Part shown: positions 34,174 through 45,785 of the stretch, one piece after another
Layout of the letters: each line of letters starts with the position of its first letter
Numbering within the stretch: the stretch's first letter is position 1
Source: Ideonella sp.
GTDB lineage: Bacteria > Pseudomonadota > Gammaproteobacteria > Burkholderiales > Burkholderiaceae_C
Direction of reading: 5' to 3'
Assembly: GCA_034520165.1 (NCBI GenBank)
Contig: JAXHNT010000043.1
Location: forward strand, 2,423 to 66,422
DNA length: 64,000 bases
Notes under the pieces: generated by a model
What the model was told of the DNA's origin: nothing
Databases searched by the model: none
The model's input: the letters and a program-made list of their open reading frames with translations, nothing else
Made by a program: the position numbers and the translations under genes

Positions 34174-35436
34174 ATGAAAGTGATTCGATTCGCCGATCTG
34201 GTGGCCCAGGGCCAAGTGACGGGCAAACGGGTGTTCATCCGCGCCGACCTGAACGTGCCACTTGAGCGCCCCCAGGCTTCGCCACCCCCCAAGGGGGCTC
34301 CCTTCGGCTTGGGGCGGCCCGGCGCCGAAGGGGATGATGCGCTTCGCATCACCGAAGACACCCGCGTGCGGGCCTCGGTGCCTTGCATAGAAATGGCGCT
34401 CAAGGCGGGGGCGGCCGTGATGGTCACCTCGCATCTGGGCCGCCCCACGGAAGGCGAGTTCAAGCCTGAGGACTCTTTGGCGCCGGTTGCCGCGCGCCTG
34501 GGTGAATTGCTGGGCCGTGAGGTCAAGCTGGTGGCGAACTGGGTCGATGGCGTGAGCGTGTCCCCGGGCGAAGTGGTGATGTTGGAGAACTGCCGCGTCA
34601 ACAAGGGCGAGAAGAAGAACAACGAAGCGCTGGCCCAAAAGATGGCCCAGCTCTGCGACATCTTTGTGCACGATGCTTTTGGCACCGCCCACCGCGCCGA
34701 GGCCTCGACCTACGGCATCGCGCAGTTCGCGCCCATCGCCTGCGCAGGCCCCTTGCTGGCCGCCGAAATCGACGCCATCTCCAAGGCCCTGGCCAACCCC
34801 AAGCGCCCGCTGGTGGCCATCGTCGCCGGCTCCAAGGTCAGCACCAAGCTCACCATCCTCCAAGCCCTGTCCAAAAATGTGGACGGCCTGATTGTGGGTG
34901 GCGGCATTGCCAACACCTTCATGCTGGCGGCTGGGCTGAACATCGGCAAGAGCTTGGCCGAGCCCGACCTGCTGGGCGAGGCCACGGCCGTCATCGCGGC
35001 CATGAAGGCCCGTGGTGCCGAAGTGCCGATTCCCGAAGACGTGGTCTGCGCCAAGCGCTTTGCGGCGGACGCAGAAGCCACCGTCAAGGCGGCCACCGAC
35101 GTGGCCGACGACGACCTGATCCTGGACATCGGCCCCAAAACCGCCGCCAAGCTGGCCGCGCAACTCATGGCTGCGGGCACCATCGTCTGGAACGGCCCAG
35201 TCGGCGTGTTTGAGTTCGAGGCTTTTGAAGGCGGGACCAAGGCCATCGCTGAGGCGATTGCCCAGAGCAGCGCCTTCAGCATTGCGGGTGGTGGCGACAC
35301 CTTGGCTGCCATTGCCAAGTACGGCATTGAAAAGCAGATGGGCTACATCTCCACCGGCGGCGGTGCTTTCTTGGAGGTGCTGGAAGGCAAGACCCTGCCC
35401 GCCTTCGAGATCCTCAGCAAGCGCGCGGCCGCTTAA
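34174..35436 (+). CDS. pgk: Phosphoglycerate kinase carrying a 23-aa repeat-derived insertion
   Basis: [50 protein letters not shown]. Confidence 0.99.
   Translation: MKVIRFADLVAQGQVTGKRVFIRADLNVPLERPQASPPPKGAPFGLGRPGAEGDDALRITEDTRVRASVPCIEMALKAGAAVMVTSHLGRPTEGEFKPEDSLAPVAARLGELLGREVKLVANWVDGVSVSPGEVVMLENCRVNKGEKKNNEALAQKMAQLCDIFVHDAFGTAHRAEASTYGIAQFAPIACAGPLLAAEIDAISKALANPKRPLVAIVAGSKVSTKLTILQALSKNVDGLIVGGGIANTFMLAAGLNIGKSLAEPDLLGEATAVIAAMKARGAEVPIPEDVVCAKRFAADAEATVKAATDVADDDLILDIGPKTAAKLAAQLMAAGTIVWNGPVGVFEFEAFEGGTKAIAEAIAQSSAFSIAGGGDTLAAIAKYGIEKQMGYISTGGGAFLEVLEGKTLPAFEILSKRAAA
34269..34332 (+). repeat. Multi-hairpin palindromic repeat, copy 3 (type B), in frame inside pgk
   Basis: CCCCCAG, GGC-TTC-GCC, CCCCCC-AA-GGGGG, then CCCTTCGGC-[TTGGGGCGGCCCGGC]-GCCGAAGGG. 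Confidence 0.9.
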
Positions 35437-35567
35437 GCGCGCAGCTCGGGGCCAGCGAGGCTGGCCCCGGTTCATTGGGTCATGCAGAAACAGCATGATG
35501 TGGGCCTTACGGATGGAGCGTCGGGCGCTCGGGCCTACAGTGCCTCCTCCCAAGGAGACAACACCTC

Positions 35568-37871
35568 ATGAGCCCCAAAAACCTGAGCGCCGCTGAGCAA
35601 GCGCTGCGCGACGCCGCCCTCGACTACCACCGCACGCCTACCCGCGGCAAGATTGCGGTCAATGCCACCAAGCCGCTGTCCAACCAGCGCGACTTGAGTC
35701 TGGCTTATTCCCCCGGCGTGGCCTATGCCTGCTTGGCGATTGAGGAAGACCCCTCGCTGGCGGCCGAATACACATCGCGCGCCAACCTGGTGGGCGTGAT
35801 CACCAACGGCACGGCCGTGCTGGGCTTGGGCAATATCGGCCCCTTGGCTGGCAAACCGGTGATGGAGGGCAAGGGCTGCTTGTTCAAGAAATTCGCGGGC
35901 ATCGATGTGTTTGACATCGAATTGGCCGAGAACGACCCCGACAAGCTGGTCGAGATCATCGCCGCCATGGAGCCCACGCTGGGCGGCGTGAACCTGGAAG
36001 ACATCAAAGCGCCCGAGTGCTTCTACATCGAGAAGCAGTTGCGCGAGCGCATGAACATCCCTGTCTTTCACGACGACCAGCACGGCACGGCCATCATCTC
36101 GGGCGCCGCCTTGTTGAATGGCCTGGAGCTGGTGGGCAAGAAGATCGGCGAGGTCAAGTTGGCCGTCTCGGGCGCGGGTGCAGCGGCTATCGCTTGCCTG
36201 GACTTGATGGTCGGCTTGGGCGTCAAGCCCGCCAATATTTTTGTCTGCGACTCCAAGGGCGTGATCCGCGAGGGCCGGGGCGACAAGCTGGATGAATCGA
36301 AGCAGCGCTATTGCCAAGTCACGAACGCGCAAACTCTGGCGGACGTGGTGGCAGGTGCCGATGTGTTCCTGGGTTGCTCGGCAGCCGGTGTGCTGACGGC
36401 CGACATGGTCAAGACCATGGCCAGCCAGCCCATCATTTTGGCTCTCGCCAACCCTGAGCCTGAGATCCGTCCTGAGTTGGCCAAGGCCGTGCGCCCGGAT
36501 TGCATCATTGCCACAGGGCGCTCCGACTACCCCAACCAAGTCAACAACGTCCTGTGCTTCCCCTACATCTTTCGGGGGGCCTTGGACTGCGGCGCCAGCC
36601 GCATCACCGAGGCCATGAAGCTGGCCTGCGTGCGCGAGATCGCCGCCCTGGCCAAGGCCGAGGCCTCAGACGAAGTGGCGGCAGCCTATGCCGGCAAGGA
36701 GTTGAAGTTCGGGCCGGAGTATCTGATCCCCACGCCTTTTGATGCCCGCCTGATTTTGCGCATCGCCCCCGCCGTGGCCAAGGCGGCCGAGGAGAGTGGC
36801 GTGGCCACCCGGCCCATCACCGACATGGACGCTTACCGCCAGTCGCTGAACCGCTTTGTCTCGCAAACCGGCATGCTGATGCGCCCGGTTTTCATGGCGG
36901 CCAAGGCGGCACCTGCACGTGTCATCTACGCCGAGGGCGAAGACGAACGCGTGTTGCGTGCGGTGCAGGTGGTGCTAGACGAAGGCCTGGCCAAGCCCAT
37001 CTTGGTGGGCCGCCCGGCGGTGATTGCGATGCGCATTGAGCGCGCGGGTTTGCGCCTGAAGCCCGGCGTGGACTTCGAGGTGGTGGACCCCGAGAGCGAT
37101 CCGCGCTTTCGAGACTGCTGGGAGGACTATCGCCGTCTCATGGGGCGCGATGGTGTGTCACCCGAGACAGCCAAGTCAGCCTTGCGCCGCTCCAACACCT
37201 TGATCGCCAGCTTGCTGCTCAAGCGCGGTGATGCCGATGCCTTGCTGTGTGGCCTGGTCGGCCGTTTTGACGCCCATTTTGAGCATGTCAAAACAGTGAT
37301 TGGTGCGCGCAGCGAAGGCGGCGTGATGGCCACCATGAATGCGCTGATGCTGGAGCAGCACACCCTGTTCATCGCCGACACCTTTGTCAACGAGGAGCCC
37401 AGCGCGGCCGAGTTGGCCCAGATTGCGCAGATGGCCGCCGACGAAGTGCAGCGCTTTGGCTTCCCGGCCAAGGTGGCGTTTTTGAGGCACTCCATGTATG
37501 GCTCCTCCAGTCGCGGCTCGGCCAAGCGCATGCGCGCTGCGCGCGACCTGTTTGTGCGCCAAGCGCCGCATATCGAGTGCGACGGTGAGATGCATGGCGA
37601 TGCAGCGCTGTCCGAGACCATTCGCCAAGCGGTGTTGCCCGAGACCACGCTGAAGGGCTCGGCCAACCTGCTGGTGCTGCCCAATATCGACGCCGCCAAC
37701 ATCCTGTTCAACGTGCTGAAGGTGACGGGCAGTCACGGTGTCACGGTGGGGCCCATCTTGTTGGGGGCGGCTGCGCCCGTGCATGTTCTGACGCCCTCGG
37801 CCACCATGCGTCGTGTAGTCAATATGACGGCCTTGGCCGTGGCGGATGTGGCGGCTGCCGTCAAACGCTGA
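35568..37871 (+). CDS. maeB: NADP-dependent malic enzyme with PTA-like domain
   Basis: [46 protein letters not shown]; C-terminal DGEMHGD...GSANLLVLP. Confidence 0.97.
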   Translation: MSPKNLSAAEQALRDAALDYHRTPTRGKIAVNATKPLSNQRDLSLAYSPGVAYACLAIEEDPSLAAEYTSRANLVGVITNGTAVLGLGNIGPLAGKPVMEGKGCLFKKFAGIDVFDIELAENDPDKLVEIIAAMEPTLGGVNLEDIKAPECFYIEKQLRERMNIPVFHDDQHGTAIISGAALLNGLELVGKKIGEVKLAVSGAGAAAIACLDLMVGLGVKPANIFVCDSKGVIREGRGDKLDESKQRYCQVTNAQTLADVVAGADVFLGCSAAGVLTADMVKTMASQPIILALANPEPEIRPELAKAVRPDCIIATGRSDYPNQVNNVLCFPYIFRGALDCGASRITEAMKLACVREIAALAKAEASDEVAAAYAGKELKFGPEYLIPTPFDARLILRIAPAVAKAAEESGVATRPITDMDAYRQSLNRFVSQTGMLMRPVFMAAKAAPARVIYAEGEDERVLRAVQVVLDEGLAKPILVGRPAVIAMRIERAGLRLKPGVDFEVVDPESDPRFRDCWEDYRRLMGRDGVSPETAKSALRRSNTLIASLLLKRGDADALLCGLVGRFDAHFEHVKTVIGARSEGGVMATMNALMLEQHTLFIADTFVNEEPSAAELAQIAQMAADEVQRFGFPAKVAFLRHSMYGSSSRGSAKRMRAARDLFVRQAPHIECDGEMHGDAALSETIRQAVLPETTLKGSANLLVLPNIDAANILFNVLKVTGSHGVTVGPILLGAAAPVHVLTPSATMRRVVNMTALAVADVAAAVKR

Positions 37872-37989
37872 GACCGTGGCAGCCCCTGTAACTCAACGGT
37901 AACCCTGAGGGGGCCGGGGCTGCGTATCATCCGAGCTTGACAAGGGCCTCGACTCTCGCGGGCCCGACCCATTATTGGAGACCTCACAC

Positions 37990-39420
37990 ATGCCCCGTGC
38001 CACCAAGATCGTTGCCACCCTCGGCCCCGCGTCCAGCGACCCCGAGGTGCTGGAGCGGCTGCTGCGGGCGGGCGTAGACGTGGTGCGCCTGAACTTCAGC
38101 CATGGCAAGGCGCAGGACCATATCGACCGTGCCAACCTGGTGCGTGCCTGTGCGGCACGTGTCGGCAAGCCCATCGCCTTGATGGCCGACCTCCAAGGCC
38201 CCAAAATCCGCGTTGGCAAGTTTGCCGAAGGGCGTGTGATGCTCGAAAACGGCATGCCCTTTGTGCTGGACGCGGCGCGCACCGAACCCGGTGACATCAA
38301 CGGCGTAGGCTTGGACTACAAGGAACTGCCCCGCGATGTGAAGCCCGGTGATGTGCTCTTGCTCAATGATGGCCTGATCGTGCTGACGGTGGACCGCGTG
38401 CAGGGCGAGCAGGTGCACACCTTGGTGAAGATCGGCGGGGAGCTGTCCAACAACAAGGGCATCAACAAGCAGGGCGGCGGCCTGACGGCACCCGCGCTGA
38501 CCGGCAAAGACATGGACGACATCCGCACGGCCATGAGTTTTCAGTGCGACTACTTGGCCGTCAGCTTCCCCAAAAACGCCACCGACATGGAAATGGCCCG
38601 CCAACTGGCCAATGTGGCCGGCGAGCCCTATCGCCACAAGCCCTGCATGATCGCCAAGATCGAGCGCTCCGAGGCCATTCCGCACCTCGAAGCCATCTTG
38701 CGCGCCAGCGACGGCATCATGGTCGCGCGCGGTGACTTGGCCGTGGAAGTGGGCAATGCTGCGGTGCCGGCGCTTCAGAAGCGCATGATCAAGCTGGCGC
38801 GCGAGTTGGACAAAATCGCCATCACCGCCACACAGATGATGGAGTCCATGATCCAGAACCCGGTGCCCACCCGCGCCGAGGTGTCGGACGTGGCCAACGC
38901 GGTGCTGGATGGCACCGATGCGGTGATGCTCAGCGCCGAGACGGCTGCCGGCAAGTACCCGGTCGAGACCGTGGAGCAAATGGCCCAAATCGCCCAAGAA
39001 GCGGAGCGTGCGCAAGACGTGCACCTGGACGCCGACTTCACCAACAAGCGCTTTGGCCGCATCGACCAATCCATCGCCATGGGCGCGCTGTTCACCGCGC
39101 ACCACCTGGGCTGCAAGGCCATCATCGCCTTGACGGAGTCGGGCTCGACCGCTTTGTGGATGAGCCGTCACAACATTCAGGTGCCGATCTTTGCGCTGAC
39201 CACCAAGACTACCTCGCAGTCGCGCATGGCGCTCTACCGCAATGTGCGACCGATCTTGATGGCAACCTTCACCGACCGCGACCTGGCGCTGGCTGAGGCC
39301 GAGTGCATCCTGGTGGCCCGCGGCGTGCTTAAACCCGGCGATACCTATGCCATCACCTGCGGCGAACCCATGGGTTACCCCGGCGGTACGAATATGTTGA
39401 AGGTCTGCAGGGTGGATTGA
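37990..39420 (+). CDS. pyk: Pyruvate kinase
   Basis: TKIVATLGPAS, RLNFSHG, IAKIE, DGIMVARGDL, ATQMMESM, DAVMLSAET. Confidence 0.98.
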   Translation: MPRATKIVATLGPASSDPEVLERLLRAGVDVVRLNFSHGKAQDHIDRANLVRACAARVGKPIALMADLQGPKIRVGKFAEGRVMLENGMPFVLDAARTEPGDINGVGLDYKELPRDVKPGDVLLLNDGLIVLTVDRVQGEQVHTLVKIGGELSNNKGINKQGGGLTAPALTGKDMDDIRTAMSFQCDYLAVSFPKNATDMEMARQLANVAGEPYRHKPCMIAKIERSEAIPHLEAILRASDGIMVARGDLAVEVGNAAVPALQKRMIKLARELDKIAITATQMMESMIQNPVPTRAEVSDVANAVLDGTDAVMLSAETAAGKYPVETVEQMAQIAQEAERAQDVHLDADFTNKRFGRIDQSIAMGALFTAHHLGCKAIIALTESGSTALWMSRHNIQVPIFALTTKTTSQSRMALYRNVRPILMATFTDRDLALAEAECILVARGVLKPGDTYAITCGEPMGYPGGTNMLKVCRVD

Positions 39421-39425
39421 TTAGA

Positions 39426-39548
39426 CCCCCAAGCTCCCGGCTCCTCGCAGGCACAAGCCGTCCGCTGGACGCCTTGTGTCCGGCTCGGCCCCCCGAGGGG
39501 GCTCTTGCAGCGGCCCGGCAAAGCCGGTTCCGCGCAAGGTACTTGGGG
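39426..39548 (+). repeat. Multi-hairpin palindromic repeat, copy 4 (type A, long first arm), pyk-fba spacer
   Basis: CCCCCAAG, long hairpin 39451-39479, GCCCCC-CGA-GGGGGC (39488-39502), CTTGC.GCGG-CCCGGCAAAGCCGGTT-CCGC.GCAAG, and a closing CTTGGGG (39542-39548). Confidence 0.85.
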
Positions 39549-39743
39549 TGAGTGTGGTCGAGGTTGACTAGGACGTTGGAGCTTGCACTTTGAACCCGTA
39601 AGGGGCTGGGTTGTCGTCCAGCACATTAGGTGGTCGAGGGTGGCTGCAAGGTTGCTGGGAGGGTTCCCTCGCTAGAATTGCGGGAGTTACGGCGCGGTTA
39701 CGGGCTGCGTTGGTCGAATTCTTTCACTTCCTCGGGGTTTCCC

Positions 39744-40808
39744 ATGCCACTCGTTTCCATGCGCGAACTGCTGGACCATGCTGCCGAAAACGGCTATGGC
39801 ATTCCGGCCTTCAACGTCAACAACCTGGAGCAAGTCCAGGCCGTGATGGCGGCTGCCGACGAAGTCGGCGCGCCGGTGATCTTGCAAGCCAGTGCGGGTG
39901 CGCGCAAGTATGCAGGCGAGCCCTTCATCAAGCACTTGATCCAGGCGGCCGCTGAGATGTACCCGCACATCCCGCTGGTGATGCACCAGGACCACGGCAC
40001 CAGCCCCAAGATCTGCCAAGGCGCGCTGGATCTGGGCTTTGGCTCGGTGATGATGGACGGCTCCTTGATGGACGACGGCAAGACACCGGCCAGCTTTGAC
40101 TACAACGTCAACGTGACCCGTCAAGTGGTGGAGATGGCTCATCGCATTGGCGCCACCGTCGAGGGCGAGCTGGGCTGCCTGGGCAGCTTGGAAACCGGCG
40201 AGGCTGGTGAGGAAGACGGCGTGGGGGCCGTGGGCAAGCTGGACCACAGCCAGATGCTGACCGACCCCGAAGAGGCGGCCCAGTTCGTCAAAGCGACCCA
40301 GTTGGATGCATTGGCCATTGCCATTGGCACCAGCCACGGCGCCTACAAGTTCAGCCGCAAGCCCACGGGCGACATCCTGGCCATCAACCGCGTCAAGGAA
40401 ATCAACGCCCGCATCCCCAACACCCACTTGGTGATGCATGGTTCGTCTTCGGTGCCCCAAGAGTTGCTGGCCATCATCAACCAGTACGGCGGCAAGATGA
40501 AAGAGACCTACGGCGTGCCGGTCGAAGAGATCCAGGAGGCCATCAAGTACGGCGTGCGCAAGATCAACATCGACACCGACATCCGTCTGGCCATGACCGG
40601 TGCGGTGCGCAAGTTCTTGGCTGAGAACCCAGACAAGTTCGATGCCCGTGAATGGCTCAAGCCGGCGCGCGAAGCAGCCCAGCAAATCTGCAAGCAGCGC
40701 TACTTGGAGTTTGGCTGCGAAGGTCAAGCTGCCAAGATCAAGGGCATGAGCTTGGCCGACATGGCAGGCCTCTATGCGCGCGGTGCATTGGCTCAGCAAG
40801 TTCGCTGA
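39744..40808 (+). CDS. fba: Class II fructose-bisphosphate aldolase
   Basis: [42 protein letters not shown]. Confidence 0.98.
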   Translation: MPLVSMRELLDHAAENGYGIPAFNVNNLEQVQAVMAAADEVGAPVILQASAGARKYAGEPFIKHLIQAAAEMYPHIPLVMHQDHGTSPKICQGALDLGFGSVMMDGSLMDDGKTPASFDYNVNVTRQVVEMAHRIGATVEGELGCLGSLETGEAGEEDGVGAVGKLDHSQMLTDPEEAAQFVKATQLDALAIAIGTSHGAYKFSRKPTGDILAINRVKEINARIPNTHLVMHGSSSVPQELLAIINQYGGKMKETYGVPVEEIQEAIKYGVRKINIDTDIRLAMTGAVRKFLAENPDKFDAREWLKPAREAAQQICKQRYLEFGCEGQAAKIKGMSLADMAGLYARGALAQQVR

Positions 40809-40821
40809 GCGGGAAGGCTTC

Positions 40822-40850
40822 AGACAGAACTGAAGTCTTCAGTTCTGTCT
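40822..40850. terminator. 14-bp perfect inverted repeat after fba (terminator-like)
   Basis: AGACAGAACTGAAG-T-CTTCAGTTCTGTCT. Confidence 0.55.
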
Positions 40851-40933
40851 TCATTCCTTGTAATGAGAGTCTGTCAGGCACCGGCACGCTTGGGCAACCT
40901 ACAATCTCATGCCCTTGAGACCTTGCCTGAGTC

Positions 40934-41830
40934 ATGGACCACGCCTTGCACACCAGCTCTCTTCACTCGCTCCCGCTGCTGGCCAGTGGCAAAGTGCGTG
41001 ATAACTATGCCGTCGGCAGCGACCGGCTGCTGATGATCGCCACAGACCGCTTGTCTGCCTTCGATGTGGTGATGGGGGAGCCCATTCCTGGCAAGGGGGC
41101 GCTGTTGACCCAAATGGCGCTGTTCTGGTTTGACAAGCTCGGCCATGTGGTGCCCAACCACCTGACTGGCGAAGACCCCTTGAGCGTGGTTGCTCCTGAC
41201 GAGCGCGCTCAGGTCGAAGGCCGTGCCATGCTGGTCAAGCGGCTCAAGCCACTGCCGGTCGAGGCCGTGGTGCGGGGCTACCTTGCGGGCTCCGGTTGGA
41301 AGGAGTACCAGCACAACCAACAGGTTTGCGGCGTGCCGTTGCCAGCGGGCTTGCAGAACGCGTCCAAGCTGCCCGAGCCCATCTTTACCCCGGCCACCAA
41401 GGCCGAGATGGGCGACCATGACGAGAACATCTCGTTTGCCCAGATGATCGGCATCATCGGCGAAGACTTGGCCACGCGTGTGCGCAATGTGTCGATTCGC
41501 CTCTATACCGAGGCTGCAGCTTATGCCCTGACCAAAGGCATCATCATTGCCGACACCAAATTCGAATTTGGACTGGATGAGCAGGGCACCCTGACCCTGA
41601 TGGACGAGGTGCTGACCCCAGACTCCTCGCGTTACTGGCCTGTGGAGGGCTGGAAAGAGGGTGCCAACCCGCCGAGCTACGACAAGCAGTTCGTGCGGGA
41701 TTGGCTGGAATCGGCGCAGGTGGACGGGCAGCCTTGGAACAAGCAAGCGCCCGCCCCTGCATTGCCTGCCGACGTGACAGCGCACACCGCCAACAAGTAT
41801 CGAGAAGCGCTACATCGGCTGGTGGGCTGA
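40934..41830 (+). CDS. purC: SAICAR synthetase
   Basis: [48 protein letters not shown]. Confidence 0.98.
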   Translation: MDHALHTSSLHSLPLLASGKVRDNYAVGSDRLLMIATDRLSAFDVVMGEPIPGKGALLTQMALFWFDKLGHVVPNHLTGEDPLSVVAPDERAQVEGRAMLVKRLKPLPVEAVVRGYLAGSGWKEYQHNQQVCGVPLPAGLQNASKLPEPIFTPATKAEMGDHDENISFAQMIGIIGEDLATRVRNVSIRLYTEAAAYALTKGIIIADTKFEFGLDEQGTLTLMDEVLTPDSSRYWPVEGWKEGANPPSYDKQFVRDWLESAQVDGQPWNKQAPAPALPADVTAHTANKYREALHRLVG

Positions 41831-41839
41831 GGAGCATTC

Positions 41840-42961
41840 ATGGTCGTTCCACGTCTTTTGCAGCAACTCGACCATGCCTATGCGGCATCCGAGTCTTCGC
41901 TGGATCGCGAGTGTCTGAGGGCCGAACGGGTGGTGGCCATGGCCCGCCTGGGCATGATGGTCGAGGCGCGCATGGCGCTCGCTCAGGTCAAGGCCCAGCT
42001 CAAGCGCCAGTCAGAGCCGCGATTGCAGGGCTGGGTGGCCTATGCAGAAGCCATCATGACCTACACCGGTGATCACCACGCGCCGTCGATCCGTGGCTTG
42101 TTCTCTCAAGCCAAGCAGTTCGCGATCACGGCAGGGGATCAGGGGCTTCAGGCGCATACCAGCGTCTGGTTGGCCTCGCTGGATTTCCATGAGGGTCGCT
42201 GGACCCACTTTGCGGATGAGCTGATTTGGTCCATGCCTGAGCTGAGTCTGGTGCCCTCGGCGCGTTTGGAGTGCTTGATGGCGCTGGCCTACAGCTATGC
42301 AGGCAGGCCCGATCAATCTGCAGGCTACTACCGGGCGGCCCACAGGTTGGCCGCTCTGGATGGCGATACGGCGATGATCGGTGCCATCATCTCGACGCGC
42401 ATGACCTTTCAGGCTGATGCGCTGGCGCTGCAGGACTCCTTTGGCCGTTGTGCCCCAGAGGCAGCCCGTCGGGTCATGATTGAAGTCGAATCCTCTGTTA
42501 ACTTCAATACCGGCATCGGCAAGGCTGATCGGGTTACCTGGAACCCCATGCTCAAGGCCATGGTTTGCATGGCGATGAAGCGTTACGACGAGGCCACTGC
42601 ACTGCTGGAAACTCATATGCGCAATGCCATGGCCGACGGCCTAGGCACGCACAGGGCCTACTTTCATGCGGCGAGGGCTTGGTGTTTGTGGCAGGTGGGT
42701 GAACATGAGGCCGCGCGGCGGGATTTGGAAATTGCCAGAGCGCAAGTGTGTGACATGCCCGACCCCGACGATTTGGCGGCTACACACGCTCGTATGGCCT
42801 CTTTGTTGAGTTTGATGGGGCAGCCCATTGAAGCGGCGCACCATCAGCGCGAGGCCGAAAGGCAGCACCAATGGCTGAAAAACCAACAGGCGGAGCTGTG
42901 CGTTCAATTGGCCCGTGTGGAGGCCGAGCGGGCGCGACTCTTGCAAAAGTCGGGGCGCTGA
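41840..42961 (+). CDS. Hypothetical all-helical (TPR-like) protein
   Basis: 373-aa ORF with GAGGAG RBS 9 nt after purC; Ala/Leu-rich repeated helices, e.g. RYDEATALLE and GEHEAARRDLEIA. Confidence 0.7.
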   Translation: MVVPRLLQQLDHAYAASESSLDRECLRAERVVAMARLGMMVEARMALAQVKAQLKRQSEPRLQGWVAYAEAIMTYTGDHHAPSIRGLFSQAKQFAITAGDQGLQAHTSVWLASLDFHEGRWTHFADELIWSMPELSLVPSARLECLMALAYSYAGRPDQSAGYYRAAHRLAALDGDTAMIGAIISTRMTFQADALALQDSFGRCAPEAARRVMIEVESSVNFNTGIGKADRVTWNPMLKAMVCMAMKRYDEATALLETHMRNAMADGLGTHRAYFHAARAWCLWQVGEHEAARRDLEIARAQVCDMPDPDDLAATHARMASLLSLMGQPIEAAHHQREAERQHQWLKNQQAELCVQLARVEAERARLLQKSGR

Positions 42962-43012
42962 TGGCGCAGGCGGCCACGCAGCGGTGGCCCCGAGCAAGCC
43001 CCTGAACTTGCC

Positions 43013-43981
43013 TCAGAACAGCACCATACTCAGCTTTCGTCGGTACTGATCCACCACCGGGTCATTGGGCGTCACCGTGGCATGGCCAGCAATCTCCAGC
43101 TTGCCCTTGCTGCCTGCCGCAGCCTCGGCAGCGGCTTTGGGCAGCGGCTTGCTCATCAGCTCCAGAATAGCGACATAGGTCTTGCGCGCCAGGCTGTCAT
43201 TCCAGGCCTTGTCGCGCATCAGGATCTCCAGCAACTCGTCCATGGCTTGCGTGGGCTCACTCTCCACCATCTTGCGCTGCGCCAGGGCATAGCGGGCGTC
43301 AAAGTCGCGTCGGTTGGCCTCAAAGGCGGCGCGCAGCTCGGCCTCGGTGCGGGCTTGTGGGTAGGCTTCGGCGGCCTTCAGCCATTGCTCCACGGCAGCA
43401 AAGCGGGTGTCTGACAGCGTTTTGGCGGCCACCGGGTCAAAGGCCAGGCGGGCTTGTTGGGCGCGCTGCGGCTCGTGCGGTGTCATCTCCAACAGCAGCT
43501 TGAGGTAGTCCAGACGCGCGGCATCGTTGGCCGGGTCAATGGCCACGGCTTCTTGCAGTTTGTCGAGTGCGCTCAAGGGATCTGCGCCCTGGGCCAGCAT
43601 GGCTTCCGCCTCTTCCAAGTCAGCCTCGGCTTCCAGGGCATCCTCGGTGGGCACGTGCTTGTCCAAGAAGGTGCGGATGTCGGACTCGGGAATCGCCCCC
43701 ACAAAGCCGTCCACAGGCTGGCCTAGCGAGAACATCACGCAAAACGGGATGGAGCGCACGCCAAAGGCTTGGCTGAGTTGTCCGGCGATCTCGGGCTGTT
43801 CATCACTGTTGAGCTTGGCCAGCACAAAGCGGCCGCCATAAGCGACCTCCAGCTTCTCCAGTACCGGGCCTAGCGACTTGCAAGGTCCGCACCACGGCGC
43901 CCAGATGTCCAGCAGCACGGGCTGTTGCATGGAGGCGTTGATCAGGTCGGCTTCGAAATTTTGGAGGGTGATGTCGATCAT
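43013..43981 (-). CDS. ybbN: Thioredoxin-TPR chaperedoxin (YbbN/CnoX family)
   Basis: WAPWCGPC, FGVRSIP, C-terminal YRRKLS. Confidence 0.92.
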   Translation of the reverse strand: MIDITLQNFEADLINASMQQPVLLDIWAPWCGPCKSLGPVLEKLEVAYGGRFVLAKLNSDEQPEIAGQLSQAFGVRSIPFCVMFSLGQPVDGFVGAIPESDIRTFLDKHVPTEDALEAEADLEEAEAMLAQGADPLSALDKLQEAVAIDPANDAARLDYLKLLLEMTPHEPQRAQQARLAFDPVAAKTLSDTRFAAVEQWLKAAEAYPQARTEAELRAAFEANRRDFDARYALAQRKMVESEPTQAMDELLEILMRDKAWNDSLARKTYVAILELMSKPLPKAAAEAAAGSKGKLEIAGHATVTPNDPVVDQYRRKLSMVLF

Positions 43982-44099
43982 GGTCGCTGGGGGTTGTGAT
44001 GCACAAAACGCCGGAAGGTGACGCCTTTACATGGGGGCGGTCACGGGCGGCACAAGCCGCCTAAAATCACCGGTTTACACAATGTCGGAGCACTGAGCC

Positions 44100-44597
44100 T
44101 TGAACACTGCCCAACCCGTGGTCGGGATCGTCATGGGGTCTTCCAGTGATTGGGAGACCATGAAGGCTGCGGCCCAGATTCTCGCCGAGTTCGGCGTGGC
44201 TCATGAGGCTCGTGTGGTCTCGGCCCACCGCATGCCGGACGACATGTTTGCCTACGCCGAGTCCGCCCAGGCCCGCGGCCTGCAAGCCATCATCGCCGGT
44301 GCGGGCGGTGCCGCCCACTTGCCGGGCATGTTGGCGGCCAAGACCGTGGTGCCGGTGCTGGGCGTGCCGGTGGCCAGCCGTCACTTGCAAGGGGTGGATT
44401 CTCTGCACTCCATCGTTCAGATGCCCAAAGGCATTCCGGTGGCAACCTTTGCCATTGGCAACGCCGGGGCCGCCAATGCCGCGCTGTTTGCCGTGGCCAT
44501 GCTGGCCAATCGTGATGACGCCTTGCGGGTCCAGTTGCAGGCCTACCGTGCCCGTCAGACTGAAGTGGCGCGGGCCATGACGCAGGACTTGGTATGA
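44100..44597 (+). CDS. purE: N5-CAIR mutase
   Basis: [35 protein letters not shown]. Confidence 0.98.
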   Translation: MNTAQPVVGIVMGSSSDWETMKAAAQILAEFGVAHEARVVSAHRMPDDMFAYAESAQARGLQAIIAGAGGAAHLPGMLAAKTVVPVLGVPVASRHLQGVDSLHSIVQMPKGIPVATFAIGNAGAANAALFAVAMLANRDDALRVQLQAYRARQTEVARAMTQDLV

Positions 44598-45775
44598 GCG
44601 AGAGGGAACGCCAAGCGCTCTTGCCCGGCGCCACGCTGGGCGTGATGGGCGGTGGCCAATTAGGCCGCATGTTCGTGCACGCGGCCCAGGCCATGGGTTA
44701 CAGCACGGCCGTCCTAGACGCCGACCCGCACAGCCCCGCCGGCTTGGTGTCTCACCACCACGTGCAAAAGCCTTACCTCGACGCCGATGGCCTGCAGCAA
44801 TTGGTGGCGGTGGCCCAGGCCATCACCACCGAGTTTGAAAACGTGCCCGCCGAAGCCCTGCGCACCCTGGCCCAAAGCCGCCCCGTGGCGCCCAGTGGCG
44901 ATGCGGTGGCGATCTGCCAAGACCGCGCGGCTGAAAAAGCCCACATCACCGCGTCCGGCGTGCCTTGTGCGCCCTTTGCGCTCATTGACTCCGAAGCCGC
45001 ACTGGCCAGCGTCAGCAGTGCACTCTTGCCTGGCATCCTCAAGACTGCGCGCATGGGCTATGACGGCAAAGGCCAGGTGCGCATCCAGATCCGCGCCGAG
45101 TTGGCGGAGGCCTGGGCCAGCTTAGGCCGCGTGCCCTGTGTGCTGGAGCAACGCCTGGCCCTGCACCGTGAGCTGAGCGTCATCGTGGCGCGCGGCGTGG
45201 ATGGCCAGTGGGTTCATTTTCCGGTGCAGCAAAACCTGCACCGCGATGGCATCCTGGCCGTCACCGAAGTGCCCGCGCCGGATGTGGCGCCTGAGTTGGC
45301 GGCGCAGGCCGTCGCCCATGCCGGGGCGATTGCCCAGTCCATGCAGTATGTGGGTGTGCTGTGCGTGGAGTTCTTTGTCGTCAAGGCGGACGATGGCAGC
45401 TTGAGCCTCGTGGCCAATGAAATGGCCCCGCGCCCCCACAACTCCGGCCACTACACCCTAGACGCTTGCGATGTCTCGCAGTTCGAGCTGCAAGTTCGCG
45501 CCATGGCCCAACTGCCGCTGGTGGCCCCGCGCCTGCACTCGCCCACCGTCATGCTCAACCTCTTGGGTGACCTGTGGTGGCAAGACGGCGTGGAGCGCAT
45601 CCCCGCCTGGGACGCCGTGCTGGCCCTGCCCGGCGCGCACCTGCACCTCTATGGCAAAGCCAGTGCCCGGCCCGGCCGCAAGATGGGCCATCTGACCCTG
45701 ACCGGCGCCGATGCCGCCAGCGTGCGGGCCGTGGCCTTGCAAACTGCCGCGCTCTTGGGCCTGCCCGCGTGGTGA
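44594..45775 (+). CDS. purK: N5-CAIR synthetase
   Basis: [38 protein letters not shown]. Confidence 0.98.
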   Translation: MSERERQALLPGATLGVMGGGQLGRMFVHAAQAMGYSTAVLDADPHSPAGLVSHHHVQKPYLDADGLQQLVAVAQAITTEFENVPAEALRTLAQSRPVAPSGDAVAICQDRAAEKAHITASGVPCAPFALIDSEAALASVSSALLPGILKTARMGYDGKGQVRIQIRAELAEAWASLGRVPCVLEQRLALHRELSVIVARGVDGQWVHFPVQQNLHRDGILAVTEVPAPDVAPELAAQAVAHAGAIAQSMQYVGVLCVEFFVVKADDGSLSLVANEMAPRPHNSGHYTLDACDVSQFELQVRAMAQLPLVAPRLHSPTVMLNLLGDLWWQDGVERIPAWDAVLALPGAHLHLYGKASARPGRKMGHLTLTGADAASVRAVALQTAALLGLPAW

Positions 45776-45785
45776 GCATCGCAGC

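Noticed and set aside
37881-37915. CCCTGAGGGGGC and a GTAAC direct repeat upstream of pyk
   Set aside because: Too short and degenerate to call either a repeat copy or a regulator site.
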